A stretch of DNA of 64,000 nt from a bacterium (GTDB lineage: Bacteria; Bacteroidota; Bacteroidia; Bacteroidales; P3). How positions within the stretch are numbered: position 1 is the stretch's first letter; every line of letters starts with the position of its first letter. The stretch spans positions 94,625 to 158,624 of the forward strand of contig JAAVBS010000006.1 in NCBI GenBank assembly GCA_014802725.1. Direction: 5' to 3'. Below are positions 31,424 through 43,102 of this stretch, in pieces. The translations under genes were made by a program, and so were the position numbers. A model generated the notes under the pieces. That model did no database searches. It was not told the DNA's origin and saw only the letters and a program-made list of their open reading frames with translations.

Positions 31424-31987
31424 ATGTCAAGAATTGGTAAAGCTCCCATCAATATTCCGAACGGCGTAACGGTTACCGTAGCCGCGAACAACCTCGTGAC
31501 GGTAAAGGGTCCCAAAGGCGAACTCTCCCGTCAGGTGGATCCGGACATCACGGTTCAGGTCGATACCGAAGCCAAACAGGTGCACGTACAGCGTCCCACC
31601 GACCAGAAGCGTCACCGTTCGCTCCACGGTCTCTACAGAGCCCTGTTGAACAACATGGTCGTAGGGGTTTCCGAAGGTTACAAGGTAACGTTGGAAATCG
31701 TCGGTGTAGGTTACAGAGCCACGGTCAACGGCCAACTGCTCGACTTGGCCTTGGGTTTCTCGCACAACCTTTTCCTCGAATTGCCGAAGGAAATCAAAGC
31801 CTCCGCTACGGCCGAAAAAGGTAAGAACCCCACGCTGACGCTCGAATCCCACGACAAGGAACTGCTGGGTATGGTCTGCGCCAAAATCCGTTCCTACCGC
31901 AAGCCCGAACCCTACAAAGGCAAAGGTATCAAGTTCGAAGGTGAAGTTCTGCGCAGAAAAGCCGGTAAGTCGGCCAGCAGCAAATAG
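31424..31987 (+). CDS. rplF: 50S ribosomal protein L6
   Basis: 187 aa. MSRIGK.PI.IP.GV. Confidence 0.96.
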   Translation: MSRIGKAPINIPNGVTVTVAANNLVTVKGPKGELSRQVDPDITVQVDTEAKQVHVQRPTDQKRHRSLHGLYRALLNNMVVGVSEGYKVTLEIVGVGYRATVNGQLLDLALGFSHNLFLELPKEIKASATAEKGKNPTLTLESHDKELLGMVCAKIRSYRKPEPYKGKGIKFEGEVLRRKAGKSASSK

Positions 31988-32014
31988 TAGTGAATTTATA
32001 AACAGATTAGCAAG

Positions 32015-32368
32015 ATGGCTATTACGAAATCATATAGAAGAGCACGCATCAAGATGCGTATTCGCAAAAAAGTATATGGCAGACAGGACATGCCGCGTTT
32101 GAGCGTATATCGTAGCAACAAGGATATCTACGCCCAGATCATCAACGATGCCGAAGGTAAGACTTTGGTCGCCGCGTCTTCGAGAGAGAAGGAATTTAGC
32201 GCAACCGGCAGCAAGAGCGAAAAGGCTCAGGCCGTTGGCAAGATGCTGGCCGAAAGGGCGCAAGCCGCCGGTATCAGCCGGGTTGTGTTCGACAGAAACG
32301 GTTATTTGTATCACGGACGTGTAAAATCTTTGGCCGATGCCGCCAGAGAAGCGGGTCTTAAATTCTAA
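32015..32368 (+). CDS. rplR: 50S ribosomal protein L18
   Basis: 117 aa. [17 protein letters not shown]-terminus YHGR.K.LADAARE.GL.F. Confidence 0.96.
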   Translation: MAITKSYRRARIKMRIRKKVYGRQDMPRLSVYRSNKDIYAQIINDAEGKTLVAASSREKEFSATGSKSEKAQAVGKMLAERAQAAGISRVVFDRNGYLYHGRVKSLADAAREAGLKF

Positions 32369-32379
32369 GGAGAACGACA

Positions 32380-32898
32380 ATGACAGACGCAAACGTAAAA
32401 AGAGTAAAATCGAGCGAAATCGAGTTTCAAGATAGATTGGTAAGCATCCAGCGCGTTACGAAAGTAACGAAGGGCGGTCGTACTTTCAGCTTTTCCGCCA
32501 TCGTGGTGGTAGGTAACGGCAATGGCGTTATCGGCTACGGTTTGGGTAAGGCGAAGGAAGTTCAGGCGGCCATCCAGAAAGGCGTGGACGATGCCAAGAA
32601 GAACCTGATCAAGGTGCCCGTTTTGAAAGGTACCCTGCCGCACGAACAGTATGGCAAGTACAGCGGCGCCAAAGTTTTCCTCAAGCCGGCCTCGCCCGGT
32701 ACCGGTGTTATCGCCGGTGGTGCCATGCGTGCCGTATTGGAAAGCGTCGGCGTAAAAGACGTATTGGCCAAATCCAAAGGCTCCTCGAACCCGCACTCCG
32801 TGGTTAAGGCCACGATCGACGCGCTGATGCAGATGAGGGATCCCTACACGGTCGCTCAGCTGAGAGGCATTGAATTGGATAAAGTGTTTAACGGCTAA
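32380..32898 (+). CDS. rpsE: 30S ribosomal protein S5
   Basis: 172 aa. V.I.RV.KV.KGGR.F.F.A.VVVG. Confidence 0.96.
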   Translation: MTDANVKRVKSSEIEFQDRLVSIQRVTKVTKGGRTFSFSAIVVVGNGNGVIGYGLGKAKEVQAAIQKGVDDAKKNLIKVPVLKGTLPHEQYGKYSGAKVFLKPASPGTGVIAGGAMRAVLESVGVKDVLAKSKGSSNPHSVVKATIDALMQMRDPYTVAQLRGIELDKVFNG

Positions 32899-32924
32899 TC
32901 GGGCCACAAAGAGTAGTAAAGACA

Positions 32925-33104
32925 ATGAAAAAGGTTAAGTTAACGCAAATAAAGAGCGGTATCGACCGGCCTCTCCGTCAGAAAAGAACGTTGGAAGCCT
33001 TGAAATTGGGCCGCATAGGCAAGACCGCCGTTGTGGAATGCACGCCTCAGATCGAAGGCATGATTGCCAAGATCAGCCATTTGGTAAGCATTGAAGAAGC
33101 TTAA
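32925..33104 (+). CDS. rpmD: 50S ribosomal protein L30 (59 aa; below the ORF-track size cutoff)
   Basis: Hand-translated as MKKVKLTQIKSGIDRPLRQKRTLEALKLGRIGKTAVVECTPQIEGMIAKISHLVSIEEA. L30 pattern, and the expected slot between rpsE and rplO. Confidence 0.9.
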   Translation: MKKVKLTQIKSGIDRPLRQKRTLEALKLGRIGKTAVVECTPQIEGMIAKISHLVSIEEA

Positions 33105-33132
33105 TAACTAATCGAGAAAAACAACAAGAGAT

Positions 33133-33582
33133 ATGAACTTATCGAGTTTAGCACCTGCCAAGGGTTCCGTTAAGACAAACAAGCGTTTGGGCCGCGGTTA
33201 CGGCTCCGGTCACGGCAAGACGGCCGGCAGAGGTCATAAAGGCGCTCAGTCCCGTTCCGGTTACAGCCGCAAGATCGGCTTCGAAGGCGGTCAGATGCCT
33301 CTTTATCGGCGTGTGCCCAAATTTGGCTTCAAGAATATCAACCGTGTGGAATACACGGCCGTAAACTTAGATACGTTGGAGAAACTGGCTACCGAACACC
33401 AGATCAAACAGATTGACCCGACGGTTCTCGCCGCCCACGGCCTGGTCGGCAAGAAAGATTTGGTCAAGGTGTTGGGACGCGGCGAACTCAAGAGCGCTTT
33501 GGAAGTGAAAGCCCACGCTTTCTCCGAAAAGGCCAAGGCCGCCGTTGAAGCCTGCGGGGGCTCCATCACGACGATCGCTTAA
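33133..33582 (+). CDS. rplO: 50S ribosomal protein L15
   Basis: 149 aa. L..L.PA.GS....KR.GRG.GSG.GKT.GRGHKG. Confidence 0.96.
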   Translation: MNLSSLAPAKGSVKTNKRLGRGYGSGHGKTAGRGHKGAQSRSGYSRKIGFEGGQMPLYRRVPKFGFKNINRVEYTAVNLDTLEKLATEHQIKQIDPTVLAAHGLVGKKDLVKVLGRGELKSALEVKAHAFSEKAKAAVEACGGSITTIA

Positions 33583-33602
33583 AGTTTACAAAGAACAACA
33601 CC

Positions 33603-34964
33603 ATGAAAAGATTCATTGAAACGATAAAGAATATCTTCAAGATAGAGGAACTGCGCAAACGCATCCTCTATACATTGGGGATTATCGTCATTTATCGTAT
33701 CGGCTCCTTTATCGTATTGCCGGGCATTGACCCGACACAGTTGGCGAATTTGCAGAGCCAGACGAGCGACGGGTTGCTGGGCCTGTTGAACATGTTCTCC
33801 GGCGGCGCGTTCTCGAACGCCTCCGTATTCGCGCTGGGTATCATGCCGTACATCTCGGCCTCCATCATCATCCAGTTGTTCGGGATGGCTATCCCCTACT
33901 TCCAGAAGTTGCAGAAGGAAGGCGAAAGCGGCCGGCGTAAGATGAATCAGATTACACGCGTTCTGACGATTGCCGTTACGGCCTTACAGGCGCCTGCCTA
34001 TCTGACCAACCTGACGACGCAATTGCCCGCCGAAGCGTTCATTCCGTTCAACGGTGCCAACCCCGGGGTATTCTTCTGGGTTTCGTCCTGCATCCTGTTG
34101 ACGGCCGGCACGCTGTTCGTCATGTGGTTGGGCGAACGCATCACCGACAACGGTATCGGCAACGGTATCTCGCTCATCATCATGATCGGTATCATCGCCC
34201 GTCTGCCCTTCGCTCTGTTCGGGGAATTCGTTTCCCGGCTCGAACAGCAAGGCGGCGGTTTGGTCGTATTCTTATTGGAACTCGTCGTCCTGATTGTGGT
34301 TATCCTGCTGTGCATCCTGCTCGTTCAGGGCACGCGCAGAATCCCCGTTCAATACGCGAAGCGCATCGTCGGCAACAAACAATACGGTGGTGTTCGCCAG
34401 TATCTGCCGTTGAAGGTCAATGCGGCCGGCGTTATGCCGATTATCTTCGCGCAGGCGATTATGTTCATCCCGGTCACGATTGCAGGTTTTGCCTCGCCCG
34501 AATCGGTCAACTCCGGTTTTTGGCGCGTGTTCATGGACTTCAACAGTTTTTGGTATAACTTCGTCTTCGCGCTCATGATCATCGTGTTTACGTATTTCTA
34601 TACGGCCATCACGATGAACTCGCAGCAGATTGCCGAAGACCTGAAGAAAAACGGCGGTTTCATCCCCGGCATCAAGCCCGGCAAGCGGACGGCGGAATTC
34701 ATCGACGATGTGATTTCGCGCATCACGCTGCCCGGCTCCATCTTCCTGGCATTGGTGGCCATTTTGCCGGCCATCGTGCGGATGTTCGGCGTCAGCACGC
34801 AGTTCGCCCAATTCTACGGCGGTACCTCGCTGTTGATTTTGGTGGGCGTTGTGCTCGATACGTTACAGCAGATTGAAAGCCACCTTTTGATGCGTCACTA
34901 CGACGGTTTGACCAAGTCGGGCCGCATCAAGGGCCGGATGGGCGGCGCTTACGGCGTAGCCTGA
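33603..34964 (+). CDS. secY: Preprotein translocase subunit SecY
   Basis: 453 aa, 10-TM pattern. ELRKRILYTLG.I..YRIG..I..PGI. Confidence 0.96.
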   Translation: MKRFIETIKNIFKIEELRKRILYTLGIIVIYRIGSFIVLPGIDPTQLANLQSQTSDGLLGLLNMFSGGAFSNASVFALGIMPYISASIIIQLFGMAIPYFQKLQKEGESGRRKMNQITRVLTIAVTALQAPAYLTNLTTQLPAEAFIPFNGANPGVFFWVSSCILLTAGTLFVMWLGERITDNGIGNGISLIIMIGIIARLPFALFGEFVSRLEQQGGGLVVFLLELVVLIVVILLCILLVQGTRRIPVQYAKRIVGNKQYGGVRQYLPLKVNAAGVMPIIFAQAIMFIPVTIAGFASPESVNSGFWRVFMDFNSFWYNFVFALMIIVFTYFYTAITMNSQQIAEDLKKNGGFIPGIKPGKRTAEFIDDVISRITLPGSIFLALVAILPAIVRMFGVSTQFAQFYGGTSLLILVGVVLDTLQQIESHLLMRHYDGLTKSGRIKGRMGGAYGVA

Positions 34965-34977
34965 TAAAAGTCGTAAA

Positions 34978-35757
34978 ATGATACGCACCTACTCGCCTGA
35001 AGAGATAGAAAAAATCAGGGAAAGTTCATTGCTGGTAGGCAAGACGCTGGCGGAAGTCGCCAAAGTCATCGCCCCCGGCGTTAAAACAATGGAATTGGAA
35101 CGCGTGGCCGACGCTTATATCCGGTCGGTCGGCGGTGTTCCCGGCTTCAAGGGCTACGAAGGTTTCCCCTTTGCGCTCTGCATCTCGGTCAACGAGATGG
35201 TCGTACACGGTTATCCGAGTGAGTACGAACTGAAGGAGGGCGACATCGTTTCGGTGGACTGCGGCGTTTACAAGAACGGCTTTCACGGCGACTCCGCCTA
35301 TACGTTCGCCGTGGGCGAAGTATCGGAACCGGTACGCCGCCTGATGGAAGACACGAAAGCGTCGCTCTACGAGGGCATCAAACAGGCCGTGGCCGGCAAC
35401 CGTACCGGCGACATCGGCTGGGCGATACAGCAGTACACAGAATCGCGGGGCTACGGCGTGGTTCGCGAACTTTGCGGACACGGCGTGGGTGAAAAGCTGC
35501 ACGACAAGCCGGACGTGCCCAACTTCGGACACCGCGGTTGCGGCACCAAACTGAAAGCCAACAGCGTTATCGCGATAGAACCGATGATTACGCTCGGCAA
35601 ACGCCACATCGGCCTGCAATCCAACGGTTGGGGAATCTACACGTTGGACGGCCAACCGGCGGCGCACTACGAACACGACGTTCTGATTACGAAAGAGGGA
35701 CCCGATATTTTATCGAGTTTCGATGAAATTGAAGCAGTATTAAACAGTAAACACTAA
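34978..35757 (+). CDS. map: Type I methionine aminopeptidase
   Basis: 259 aa. Pita-bread fold motifs: VHG.P, D.G......GD...TF.VG, CGHG.G, IEP. Confidence 0.95.
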   Translation: MIRTYSPEEIEKIRESSLLVGKTLAEVAKVIAPGVKTMELERVADAYIRSVGGVPGFKGYEGFPFALCISVNEMVVHGYPSEYELKEGDIVSVDCGVYKNGFHGDSAYTFAVGEVSEPVRRLMEDTKASLYEGIKQAVAGNRTGDIGWAIQQYTESRGYGVVRELCGHGVGEKLHDKPDVPNFGHRGCGTKLKANSVIAIEPMITLGKRHIGLQSNGWGIYTLDGQPAAHYEHDVLITKEGPDILSSFDEIEAVLNSKH

Positions 35758-35760
35758 ACT

Positions 35761-35979
35761 ATGGCCAAACAGGCATCCATACAACAAGATGGTACGGTGA
35801 TCGAATCGCTCGGCAATGCCATGTTCCGCGTGGAATTGGAAAACGGGCACACGGTCATCGCCCATATCTCCGGCAAGATGAGAATGCACTACATCAAGAT
35901 TCTGCCGGGCGATCGGGTTCAATTGGAGATGTCGCCATACGATTTGAGCAAAGCCAGAATTGTTTTTAGACACAAATAA
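35761..35979 (+). CDS. infA: Translation initiation factor IF-1
   Basis: 72 aa. G.V.E.L.NAMF.VELENGH...AHISGKMR...I.ILPGD.V..E.SPYDL. Confidence 0.97.
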   Translation: MAKQASIQQDGTVIESLGNAMFRVELENGHTVIAHISGKMRMHYIKILPGDRVQLEMSPYDLSKARIVFRHK

Positions 35980-35991
35980 CCAACTTAAGTC

Positions 35992-36108
35992 ATGAAAGTA
36001 AGACCGTCTGTTAAAAAGAGATCGCCCGAATGCAAGATTGTAAGAAGAAAGGGACGCATCTACATTATTAACAAGAAAAACCCGAAGCTTAAACAAAGAC
36101 AAGGTTAA
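35992..36108 (+). CDS. rpmJ: 50S ribosomal protein L36 (38 aa; below the ORF-track cutoff; zinc ligands mostly absent)
   Basis: Hand-translated as [39 protein letters not shown]36 pattern, and the expected slot between infA and rpsM. Confidence 0.9.
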   Translation: MKVRPSVKKRSPECKIVRRKGRIYIINKKNPKLKQRQG

Positions 36109-36146
36109 GCCGCGGACTGGATTAGTAATTTTATAAACAATAGGAT

Positions 36147-36527
36147 ATGGCAAGAATTGCAGGTATAGACCTACCGAACAACAAAAGAGGCGAAATCGGC
36201 CTGACTTATATCTACGGTATCGGCAGAAGCACGGCACGCAAGATTTTGGTCGCTACCGGTATCGACTTCAACAAGAAGGTACAGGATTGGAACGATGACG
36301 AATTGGGCAAAATCCGTACGTATATCGGCGACGAGCTGAAGGTGGAGGGTGCGCTCCGTTCCGAAGTGCAGACCAATATCAAACGTTTGATGGATATAGG
36401 TTGCTACCGTGGTATCCGCCATCGTCTGGGTCTGCCGTTGCGGGGTCAGAGCACGAAGAACAACGCGCGTACGAGAAAAGGCAAGAAAAAGACGGTTGCC
36501 AACAAGAAGAAAGCGCCCAAGGGCTAA
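36147..36527 (+). CDS. rpsM: 30S ribosomal protein S13
   Basis: 126 aa. [21 protein letters not shown]. Confidence 0.97.
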   Translation: MARIAGIDLPNNKRGEIGLTYIYGIGRSTARKILVATGIDFNKKVQDWNDDELGKIRTYIGDELKVEGALRSEVQTNIKRLMDIGCYRGIRHRLGLPLRGQSTKNNARTRKGKKKTVANKKKAPKG

Positions 36528-36535
36528 GATTAGCG

Positions 36536-36603
36536 CCGGGGCTTCCCTGGCCTGTCCCTTACGGGCGGCTTGAGGAACGCGCCGCGTGAGTCAACTGATT
36601 TTT
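36536..36603 (+). promoter_or_regulatory. Structured GC-rich element in the rpsM-rpsK spacer (candidate attenuator or r-protein leader)
   Basis: Three consecutive stem-loops: 36536-36550 (6 bp), about 36550-36569, and 36570-36594 (TTGA/TCAA enclosing ACGC/GCGT). A T5 run follows at 36599-36603. Confidence 0.3.
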
Positions 36604-36629
36604 GAAACATATAAGAACAGCGAATAGAT

Positions 36630-37019
36630 ATGGCAAAAACTGCTAAAGCAACAAAGAAGAAGATCGTCAAGGTGGAAGCCACGGGAAAGGCCTTTATTTT
36701 TGCGTCTTTCAACAACGTGATTGTTACCCTTACCAATAATGCGGGTCAGGTTATTTCCTGGTCGTCTTCCGGCAAGATGGGTTTCAGAGGTTCGAAGAAG
36801 AACACGCCCTACGCCGCCCAGATGGCCGCGACCGATTGCGCCAAAGTGGCTTACGACTTGGGGCTTCGCAAGGTAAAAGCCTTTGTCAAGGGACCGGGCT
36901 CCGGCCGTGAGTCGGCCATCCGCACGATCCATGGCGCCGGCATCGAGGTAACCGAAATCATGGACGTTACGCCCCTGCCCCACAACGGTTGCCGTCCGCC
37001 CAAAAGAAGAAGAGTATAG
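36630..37019 (+). CDS. rpsK: 30S ribosomal protein S11
   Basis: 129 aa. SFNN.IVT.T...G....W.S.G..GF.GS.K.TP.AAQ. Confidence 0.97.
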   Translation: MAKTAKATKKKIVKVEATGKAFIFASFNNVIVTLTNNAGQVISWSSSGKMGFRGSKKNTPYAAQMAATDCAKVAYDLGLRKVKAFVKGPGSGRESAIRTIHGAGIEVTEIMDVTPLPHNGCRPPKRRRV

Positions 37020-37061
37020 TTTACAGGCCTTGTTTAAATTTAAGTAAAATCATTTTCAGTT

Positions 37062-37667
37062 ATGGCAAGATATATCGGCCCTAAATCAAAAATAGCAAGA
37101 AAGTTCCAGGAACCCATCTTCGGTGCGGACAAGGTTCTGGAGAGAAAGAACTATGCGCCGGGTCAGCACGGTCCCAACAAACGCCGCGGCAAACAGTCGG
37201 AATACGGCATTCAGTTGCAGGAAAAGCAGAAGGCCAAATATACTTACGGCATTCTGGAAAAACAGTTCCGTAAGATTTTCCACCAGGCCGCCAGCAAGAC
37301 CGGTATTACCGGTGAGGTATTGCTGCAGCTTATCGAATCGCGTTTGGACAACACCGTTTACCGTTTGGGCATCGCCCCGACGCGCAGCGCGGCCCGTCAG
37401 CTGGTCAGCCACCGCCACATCTGCGTCAACGGCGAAGTCGTGAACATTCCCTCCTATCAACTCAAACCGGGCGATATGGTGGAAGTACGCGAACGCTCCA
37501 AATCGTTGGAGGTCATTACCGATTCGTTGGCCGGCAGAACCAATAGCTACAACTGGTTGGAATGGGACGGCGCCGCGATGCGCGGTAAGTTCCTGAACTA
37601 CCCCGAAAGAGAGAACATTCCCGAAACGATTAAGGAACAACTCATCGTCGAGTTGTACTCCAAGTAA
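37062..37667 (+). CDS. rpsD: 30S ribosomal protein S4
   Basis: 201 aa. [10 protein letters not shown], and an S4 RNA-binding domain (RLDN.VYRLG.A.TR..ARQLV.H.H). Confidence 0.97.
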   Translation: MARYIGPKSKIARKFQEPIFGADKVLERKNYAPGQHGPNKRRGKQSEYGIQLQEKQKAKYTYGILEKQFRKIFHQAASKTGITGEVLLQLIESRLDNTVYRLGIAPTRSAARQLVSHRHICVNGEVVNIPSYQLKPGDMVEVRERSKSLEVITDSLAGRTNSYNWLEWDGAAMRGKFLNYPERENIPETIKEQLIVELYSK

Positions 37668-37719
37668 TCGTAAACCGTGACGTTCTCCAATAATTAGCAA
37701 AACCTAAATAGAAAATTAA

Positions 37720-38712
37720 ATGGCCATTTTAGCTTTTCAAAAACCGGACAGAGTCAACGTTGTCAGCTTGGATGACAAGAAGGGGGTTTTTGAGTTTCGT
37801 CCGTTGGAACCGGGCTATGGGATTACGATCGGCAACGCTTTGCGCCGTATCCTGATTTCCTCCTTAGAGGGCTTTGCCATCACGTCCGTACGGATTGAAG
37901 GCGTCCAGCACGAATTCGCCACGATCAAAGGCGTGGTGGAAGACGTCATCAACATGGTGCTGAACTTCAAACAGGTTCGGTTCAAACAACAGATTCCCGA
38001 CGTGGACAACGAAAAGATTCACGTTGTCATTTCGAATCAAAGCGTATTCAAGGCCGGTCATCTGAATAATTTCCTGAACGGGTTTCAGGTATTGAACCCC
38101 GACCTCGAAATCTGCCATATGGAACCCAGCGTCAAACTGACGATGGATCTGACGATTCAGAAAGGCCGCGGTTATGTGCCCGCCGACGAGAACAAGAACG
38201 CTTCCGACCCCGTGGGTACGATTGCCATTGACTCCATCCACACGCCCATCAAAAATGTGGAATACGAGACCGACAACTACCGCGTGGAACAGAAGACCGA
38301 CTACGAGAAACTGGTGTTGGCGATAACGACCGACGGCTCCATTTCGCCCAAAGACGCGTTGAAAGAAGCGGCCAAGATTCTGATTTACCATTTCATGCTG
38401 TTCTCCGACGAAAAGATTCAGTTTGAAGAGGGACATGAAGAGACTTCCGAACCGTTGGATGAGGGCGACTTGCATCTGCGCCAGTTGCTCAAGACCAAAT
38501 TATCCGATTTGGAACTGTCTGTCCGCGCGCTGAACTGCCTCAAATCGGCGGAAGTGGAGACCTTGGGCGACCTGGTGGCTTTCCATAAAGCGGATCTGCT
38601 CAAATTCAGAAACTTCGGCAAGAAGTCGCTGACGGAGCTCGAAGCCTTGGTTAAAGACAAGAAACTGGAGTTCGGCATGAACGTACAGAAATATAAATTA
38701 GACAAAGATTAA
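37720..38712 (+). CDS. rpoA: DNA-directed RNA polymerase subunit alpha
   Basis: 330 aa. F.PLE.GYG.T.GNALRR.LLSS..G, and a C-terminal domain [13 protein letters not shown]. Confidence 0.97.
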   Translation: MAILAFQKPDRVNVVSLDDKKGVFEFRPLEPGYGITIGNALRRILISSLEGFAITSVRIEGVQHEFATIKGVVEDVINMVLNFKQVRFKQQIPDVDNEKIHVVISNQSVFKAGHLNNFLNGFQVLNPDLEICHMEPSVKLTMDLTIQKGRGYVPADENKNASDPVGTIAIDSIHTPIKNVEYETDNYRVEQKTDYEKLVLAITTDGSISPKDALKEAAKILIYHFMLFSDEKIQFEEGHEETSEPLDEGDLHLRQLLKTKLSDLELSVRALNCLKSAEVETLGDLVAFHKADLLKFRNFGKKSLTELEALVKDKKLEFGMNVQKYKLDKD

Positions 38713-38738
38713 GGACTAAGATAAGGAAACTTACAGCT

Positions 38739-39251
38739 ATGAGACACGGAAAGAAATTCAACAAGCTCAGCAGAACGCACATGCACAGACGTCAGATGTT
38801 GGCCAACATGGCGTCGTCGCTGATTTTACATAAGAGAATCAAAACCACTTTGGCCAAGGCGAAAGCGTTGCGCGTTTACGTGGAACCGCTTTTGACGAAA
38901 TCCAAAGACGATACGACGGCTTCGCGCCGCACGGTGTTCAGCTACCTGCAGAACAAAGAGGCGGTAACGGAATTGTTCCGCGAAGTTTCGCCCAAGATTG
39001 CCCAGCGTCCCGGCGGCTATACGCGTATCCTCAAACTCGGTTTCCGTTTGGGCGATAACGCCGAGATGGCCCTCATCGAACTTGTGGATTACAACGAAGC
39101 CATGTTGAGCGCCAAGAAAGACACGGGCAAGGCCAAAACGCGCCGTGCCGGCGCCCGCAAGAAAACCGAAGCCAAACCGGCCGAGGCCGCCGCACCCGCT
39201 GCGAAAACGACGGAAGCCCCTGCGGAAGTAAAAGAAGGTGAAAATGCCTAA
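38739..39251 (+). CDS. rplQ: 50S ribosomal protein L17 (with an Ala/Lys/Glu-rich C-terminal extension)
   Basis: 170 aa. MRHGKK.NKL.R...HR..ML.N......H..I.TT..KAK. Confidence 0.96.
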   Translation: MRHGKKFNKLSRTHMHRRQMLANMASSLILHKRIKTTLAKAKALRVYVEPLLTKSKDDTTASRRTVFSYLQNKEAVTELFREVSPKIAQRPGGYTRILKLGFRLGDNAEMALIELVDYNEAMLSAKKDTGKAKTRRAGARKKTEAKPAEAAAPAAKTTEAPAEVKEGENA

Positions 39252-39273
39252 CAGCCTTATCGGCTGATGATTC

Positions 39274-39310
39274 GGGGCTGCTCCAATTGATTGGGACAGC
39301 CCTTTTTTTT
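39274..39310 (+). terminator. Intrinsic terminator ending the ribosomal cluster
   Basis: Stem GGGCTG (39275-39280) / CAGCCC (39297-39302) followed by T8 (39303-39310). Confidence 0.75.
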
Positions 39311-39331
39311 ATAAAAGACTTAACTTATATT

Positions 39332-39339
39332 TACGTTTG
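39332..39339 (+). promoter_or_regulatory. Candidate -7 promoter box (TACGTTTG) for eno
   Basis: TAnnTTTG match, 28 nt upstream of the eno ATG. No clear -33 TTTG. Confidence 0.4.
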
Positions 39340-39345
39340 ATTTAG

Positions 39346-40662
<1,317 letters not shown>

Positions 40663-40684
40663 ACGCGGTCGTCTTGTATAACGA

Positions 40685-40718
40685 ACGGGCCGGCGGCTTT
40701 CGTCGGTCCGTTTTCTTA
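40685..40718 (+). terminator. Intrinsic terminator downstream of eno
   Basis: A roughly 10-bp GC-rich stem (40686-40712, two G-U pairs) is followed by TTTTCTT. Confidence 0.65.
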
Positions 40719-40746
40719 TTATCGACTATAACGAAAAACTGAAACC

Positions 40747-43092
40747 ATGAGACCGCTTTTTCAACCGATACGCATTCCGCTTGTCGGCAAGCGTTTCCCG
40801 GCCTTTCTGCTCGCGGAGCTTTTCCTGCTTTTGACCGCCGGGCCTGGTTTCGGAGCCGCGACAGCGGATGAACCAACTGCGGTTGCGGCCACGGCGGCCG
40901 CCAAACCGCTCAAATCCAACCGTCCTAAAGTAGGCCTCGTGCTCAGCGGTGGCGGTGCCAAGGGCATCGCCCATGTGGGCATCCTCAAAATCATAGAGGA
41001 ACTCGGCATTCCGGTGGATTATATCACGGGCACGAGTATGGGCTCCATTATCGGCGGCCTTTATGCCTATGGCTATTCCGCAGCCGAACTGGACTCCATC
41101 CTGCGCACGGCCGACTGGGATGTGCTGCTTTCGGACAAGGCCATCCGCTCGGACATATACCTAACCGAGAAACGGACGGCCGACCAATATGTCATTACCT
41201 TGCCGTTCAGTCAGAAATCCTCGCTGTTGCCCATCGGCATCCTCAAGGGGCAGCATATCAACAACCTGTTTTATACGCTGACGGCCAACACTTACGCCCT
41301 CACCAGCTTTGACGAACTCCAGATTCCGTTCCGCTGTATCGCCACCGACGTGCTGTCGGGTCAGGCCGTCGTACTCAAAGACGGCAACCTGGCCGAAGCC
41401 ATGCGCGCCAGCATGGCCATTCCCGGCGTATTCAACCCGGTGGAAAAAGACTCGATGATCCTTGTGGACGGCGGGCTCGTCGATAACTTTCCGGTGGAAG
41501 AAGTCCTCAAGATGGGTGCCGATATCGTTATCGGGGTGGATGTCGGCTTTCAATACAAGGGTAAAGACAAACTGAAAAACATGGCCAACGTCTTGGAAAT
41601 GTCGCTGTTCATGCACACCAAGACGAAAATATCCAAAAACAAGGAGCGTTGCCGCATCCTCGTTTCGCCGGATTTGACCGGTTACAGCACCGCCAGCTTC
41701 GGCGCCACCGACTCGCTTTTGGCTCGCGGTGAAGCCGCCGCACGCGCCCACTACGATGAATTCAAGGTACTGGCCGATGAATTGGCCGCCTACGAACCCG
41801 GGCATCAAAAAATCAACCGTTATCCGCACTTGCCGCTGGAAAATATCTATGTTTCCGAAATCCATTTCGAAGGCCTGTCCAAATTCAGCCCGCAATTCGC
41901 CAACCAATTCCTGCAAGTGGACCACAATTCGTGGGTCAAGCATGAAGACATTGTACGCGGCGTGGAACGGCTGTATGGCTCCATGGTGTTCGACAACGTC
42001 AGCTACACGCTCCTGCCCGACTCCAACAACCGGGCCCAAGCGGTATTGAAGATTTCCGTCGATGAAAAGCCGACCAATGCGTTCCGCCTCGGCTTCCGCT
42101 ACGACAACCAACGCTCGGCCGCCCTGTTGGCCGGCCTGCTGTTCCGGGACTTGGGTTTTCCCAACTCCCGCCTGAGCATTGACGGCGAACTTTCGCGCAT
42201 TCCGAGCGTCAAGGCCGATTTCCTCTTCACCCCCAAATGGAAAAAAGACACGGATTACGCTTTTTGGCGGCCCAGCATCGGCGCTTCCTATCAGTTCTAT
42301 TTCGTCAACCGCGAATATCTGTACCACGATTGGAGCGACCCCAACACACCGACCAGTGAATTTTCCTCCCAAGGCCATCGCATCTGCCTCTACGCGCAAT
42401 TGAACTGGCGACGCAGCATTTTAGGCGGCGGTGCCCGTTTGAACTACCATAACTTTAAGGAGAAATTCGCCTCCGAAACAGACTTCGGACAGCGGAACTT
42501 CTTCTATGTCATGCCCTATCTGTTTTTTCTGCACGATAGTTACGACCAACTCTTTTTTCCGCAACACGGCCTCAAGGCCGATATCGAGGTTTCCTATCCC
42601 ATCGGGTTGGGGATTTCCTCGCCTTACGCCCAACGCTTCCTGACGGCACGCGCCTACCTCGACTTCGCGTTTTCGCCCACACGTTGGTTTTCGATTTACC
42701 CCGGGCTGGCCTTGGGGACCACCTTGCTGAAAACGACCGCCACCATTCCGACGCCCTATATGTTCTACCAAGGCGGCTTGACCGGTCTGCGCAACGGAAT
42801 CCAACAGACCGACTTCGCGGGCTTGTTGCCGTTCCAAAGCGAGGGGCAGCATTTTTGGAACGTACACCTAAACCTGCAGGCCGAAATTCTGAAAAACCTG
42901 TATGTCTCCCTGCGCGGCTATACGGGCATGTCGATCTACGACATCCGCGATATCACCCATTTGGACGAATTTATCTACGGTGGAGCGGCGGGCCTGAGTT
43001 ACAACACGCCCATCGGCCCCATCGGCGTGCATTTCCAAACGTCCAATATCCATCCGTTCAATATCTGGCTAAATATCCTTTACTGGTTATGA
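40747..43092 (+). CDS. Patatin-like phospholipase fused to an Omp85/surface-antigen-type beta-barrel (PlpD-like, type Vd-like architecture)
   Basis: 781 aa. Signal peptide, oxyanion GGGAKG, nucleophile GTSMG, dyad Asp in VDGGLVDN, and a long C-terminal beta-strand-rich region ending in an aromatic-rich segment. Confidence 0.75.
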   Translation: MRPLFQPIRIPLVGKRFPAFLLAELFLLLTAGPGFGAATADEPTAVAATAAAKPLKSNRPKVGLVLSGGGAKGIAHVGILKIIEELGIPVDYITGTSMGSIIGGLYAYGYSAAELDSILRTADWDVLLSDKAIRSDIYLTEKRTADQYVITLPFSQKSSLLPIGILKGQHINNLFYTLTANTYALTSFDELQIPFRCIATDVLSGQAVVLKDGNLAEAMRASMAIPGVFNPVEKDSMILVDGGLVDNFPVEEVLKMGADIVIGVDVGFQYKGKDKLKNMANVLEMSLFMHTKTKISKNKERCRILVSPDLTGYSTASFGATDSLLARGEAAARAHYDEFKVLADELAAYEPGHQKINRYPHLPLENIYVSEIHFEGLSKFSPQFANQFLQVDHNSWVKHEDIVRGVERLYGSMVFDNVSYTLLPDSNNRAQAVLKISVDEKPTNAFRLGFRYDNQRSAALLAGLLFRDLGFPNSRLSIDGELSRIPSVKADFLFTPKWKKDTDYAFWRPSIGASYQFYFVNREYLYHDWSDPNTPTSEFSSQGHRICLYAQLNWRRSILGGGARLNYHNFKEKFASETDFGQRNFFYVMPYLFFLHDSYDQLFFPQHGLKADIEVSYPIGLGISSPYAQRFLTARAYLDFAFSPTRWFSIYPGLALGTTLLKTTATIPTPYMFYQGGLTGLRNGIQQTDFAGLLPFQSEGQHFWNVHLNLQAEILKNLYVSLRGYTGMSIYDIRDITHLDEFIYGGAAGLSYNTPIGPIGVHFQTSNIHPFNIWLNILYWL

Positions 43093-43102
43093 CATATATA
43101 TC

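Noticed and set aside
21184-39251. Lower-GC 18-kb block that might be a horizontally acquired island, plus the 'missing' tuf (between fusA and rpsJ) and adk (after secY).
   Set aside because: The block is the universal r-protein cluster, and its different composition fits highly expressed gene codon usage. Absence of tuf and adk from these positions is, as far as I recall, the normal Bacteroidota arrangement. There are no flanking repeats, tRNA-adjacent integrase or mobility genes.
40747-43092. Patatin-like phospholipase as a possible CBASS or other defence effector.
   Set aside because: It has a signal peptide and a C-terminal outer-membrane beta-barrel, and there is no cyclase, CD-NTase, E1/E2 or sensor gene nearby. 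The architecture matches PlpD-type surface lipases, not defence effectors.
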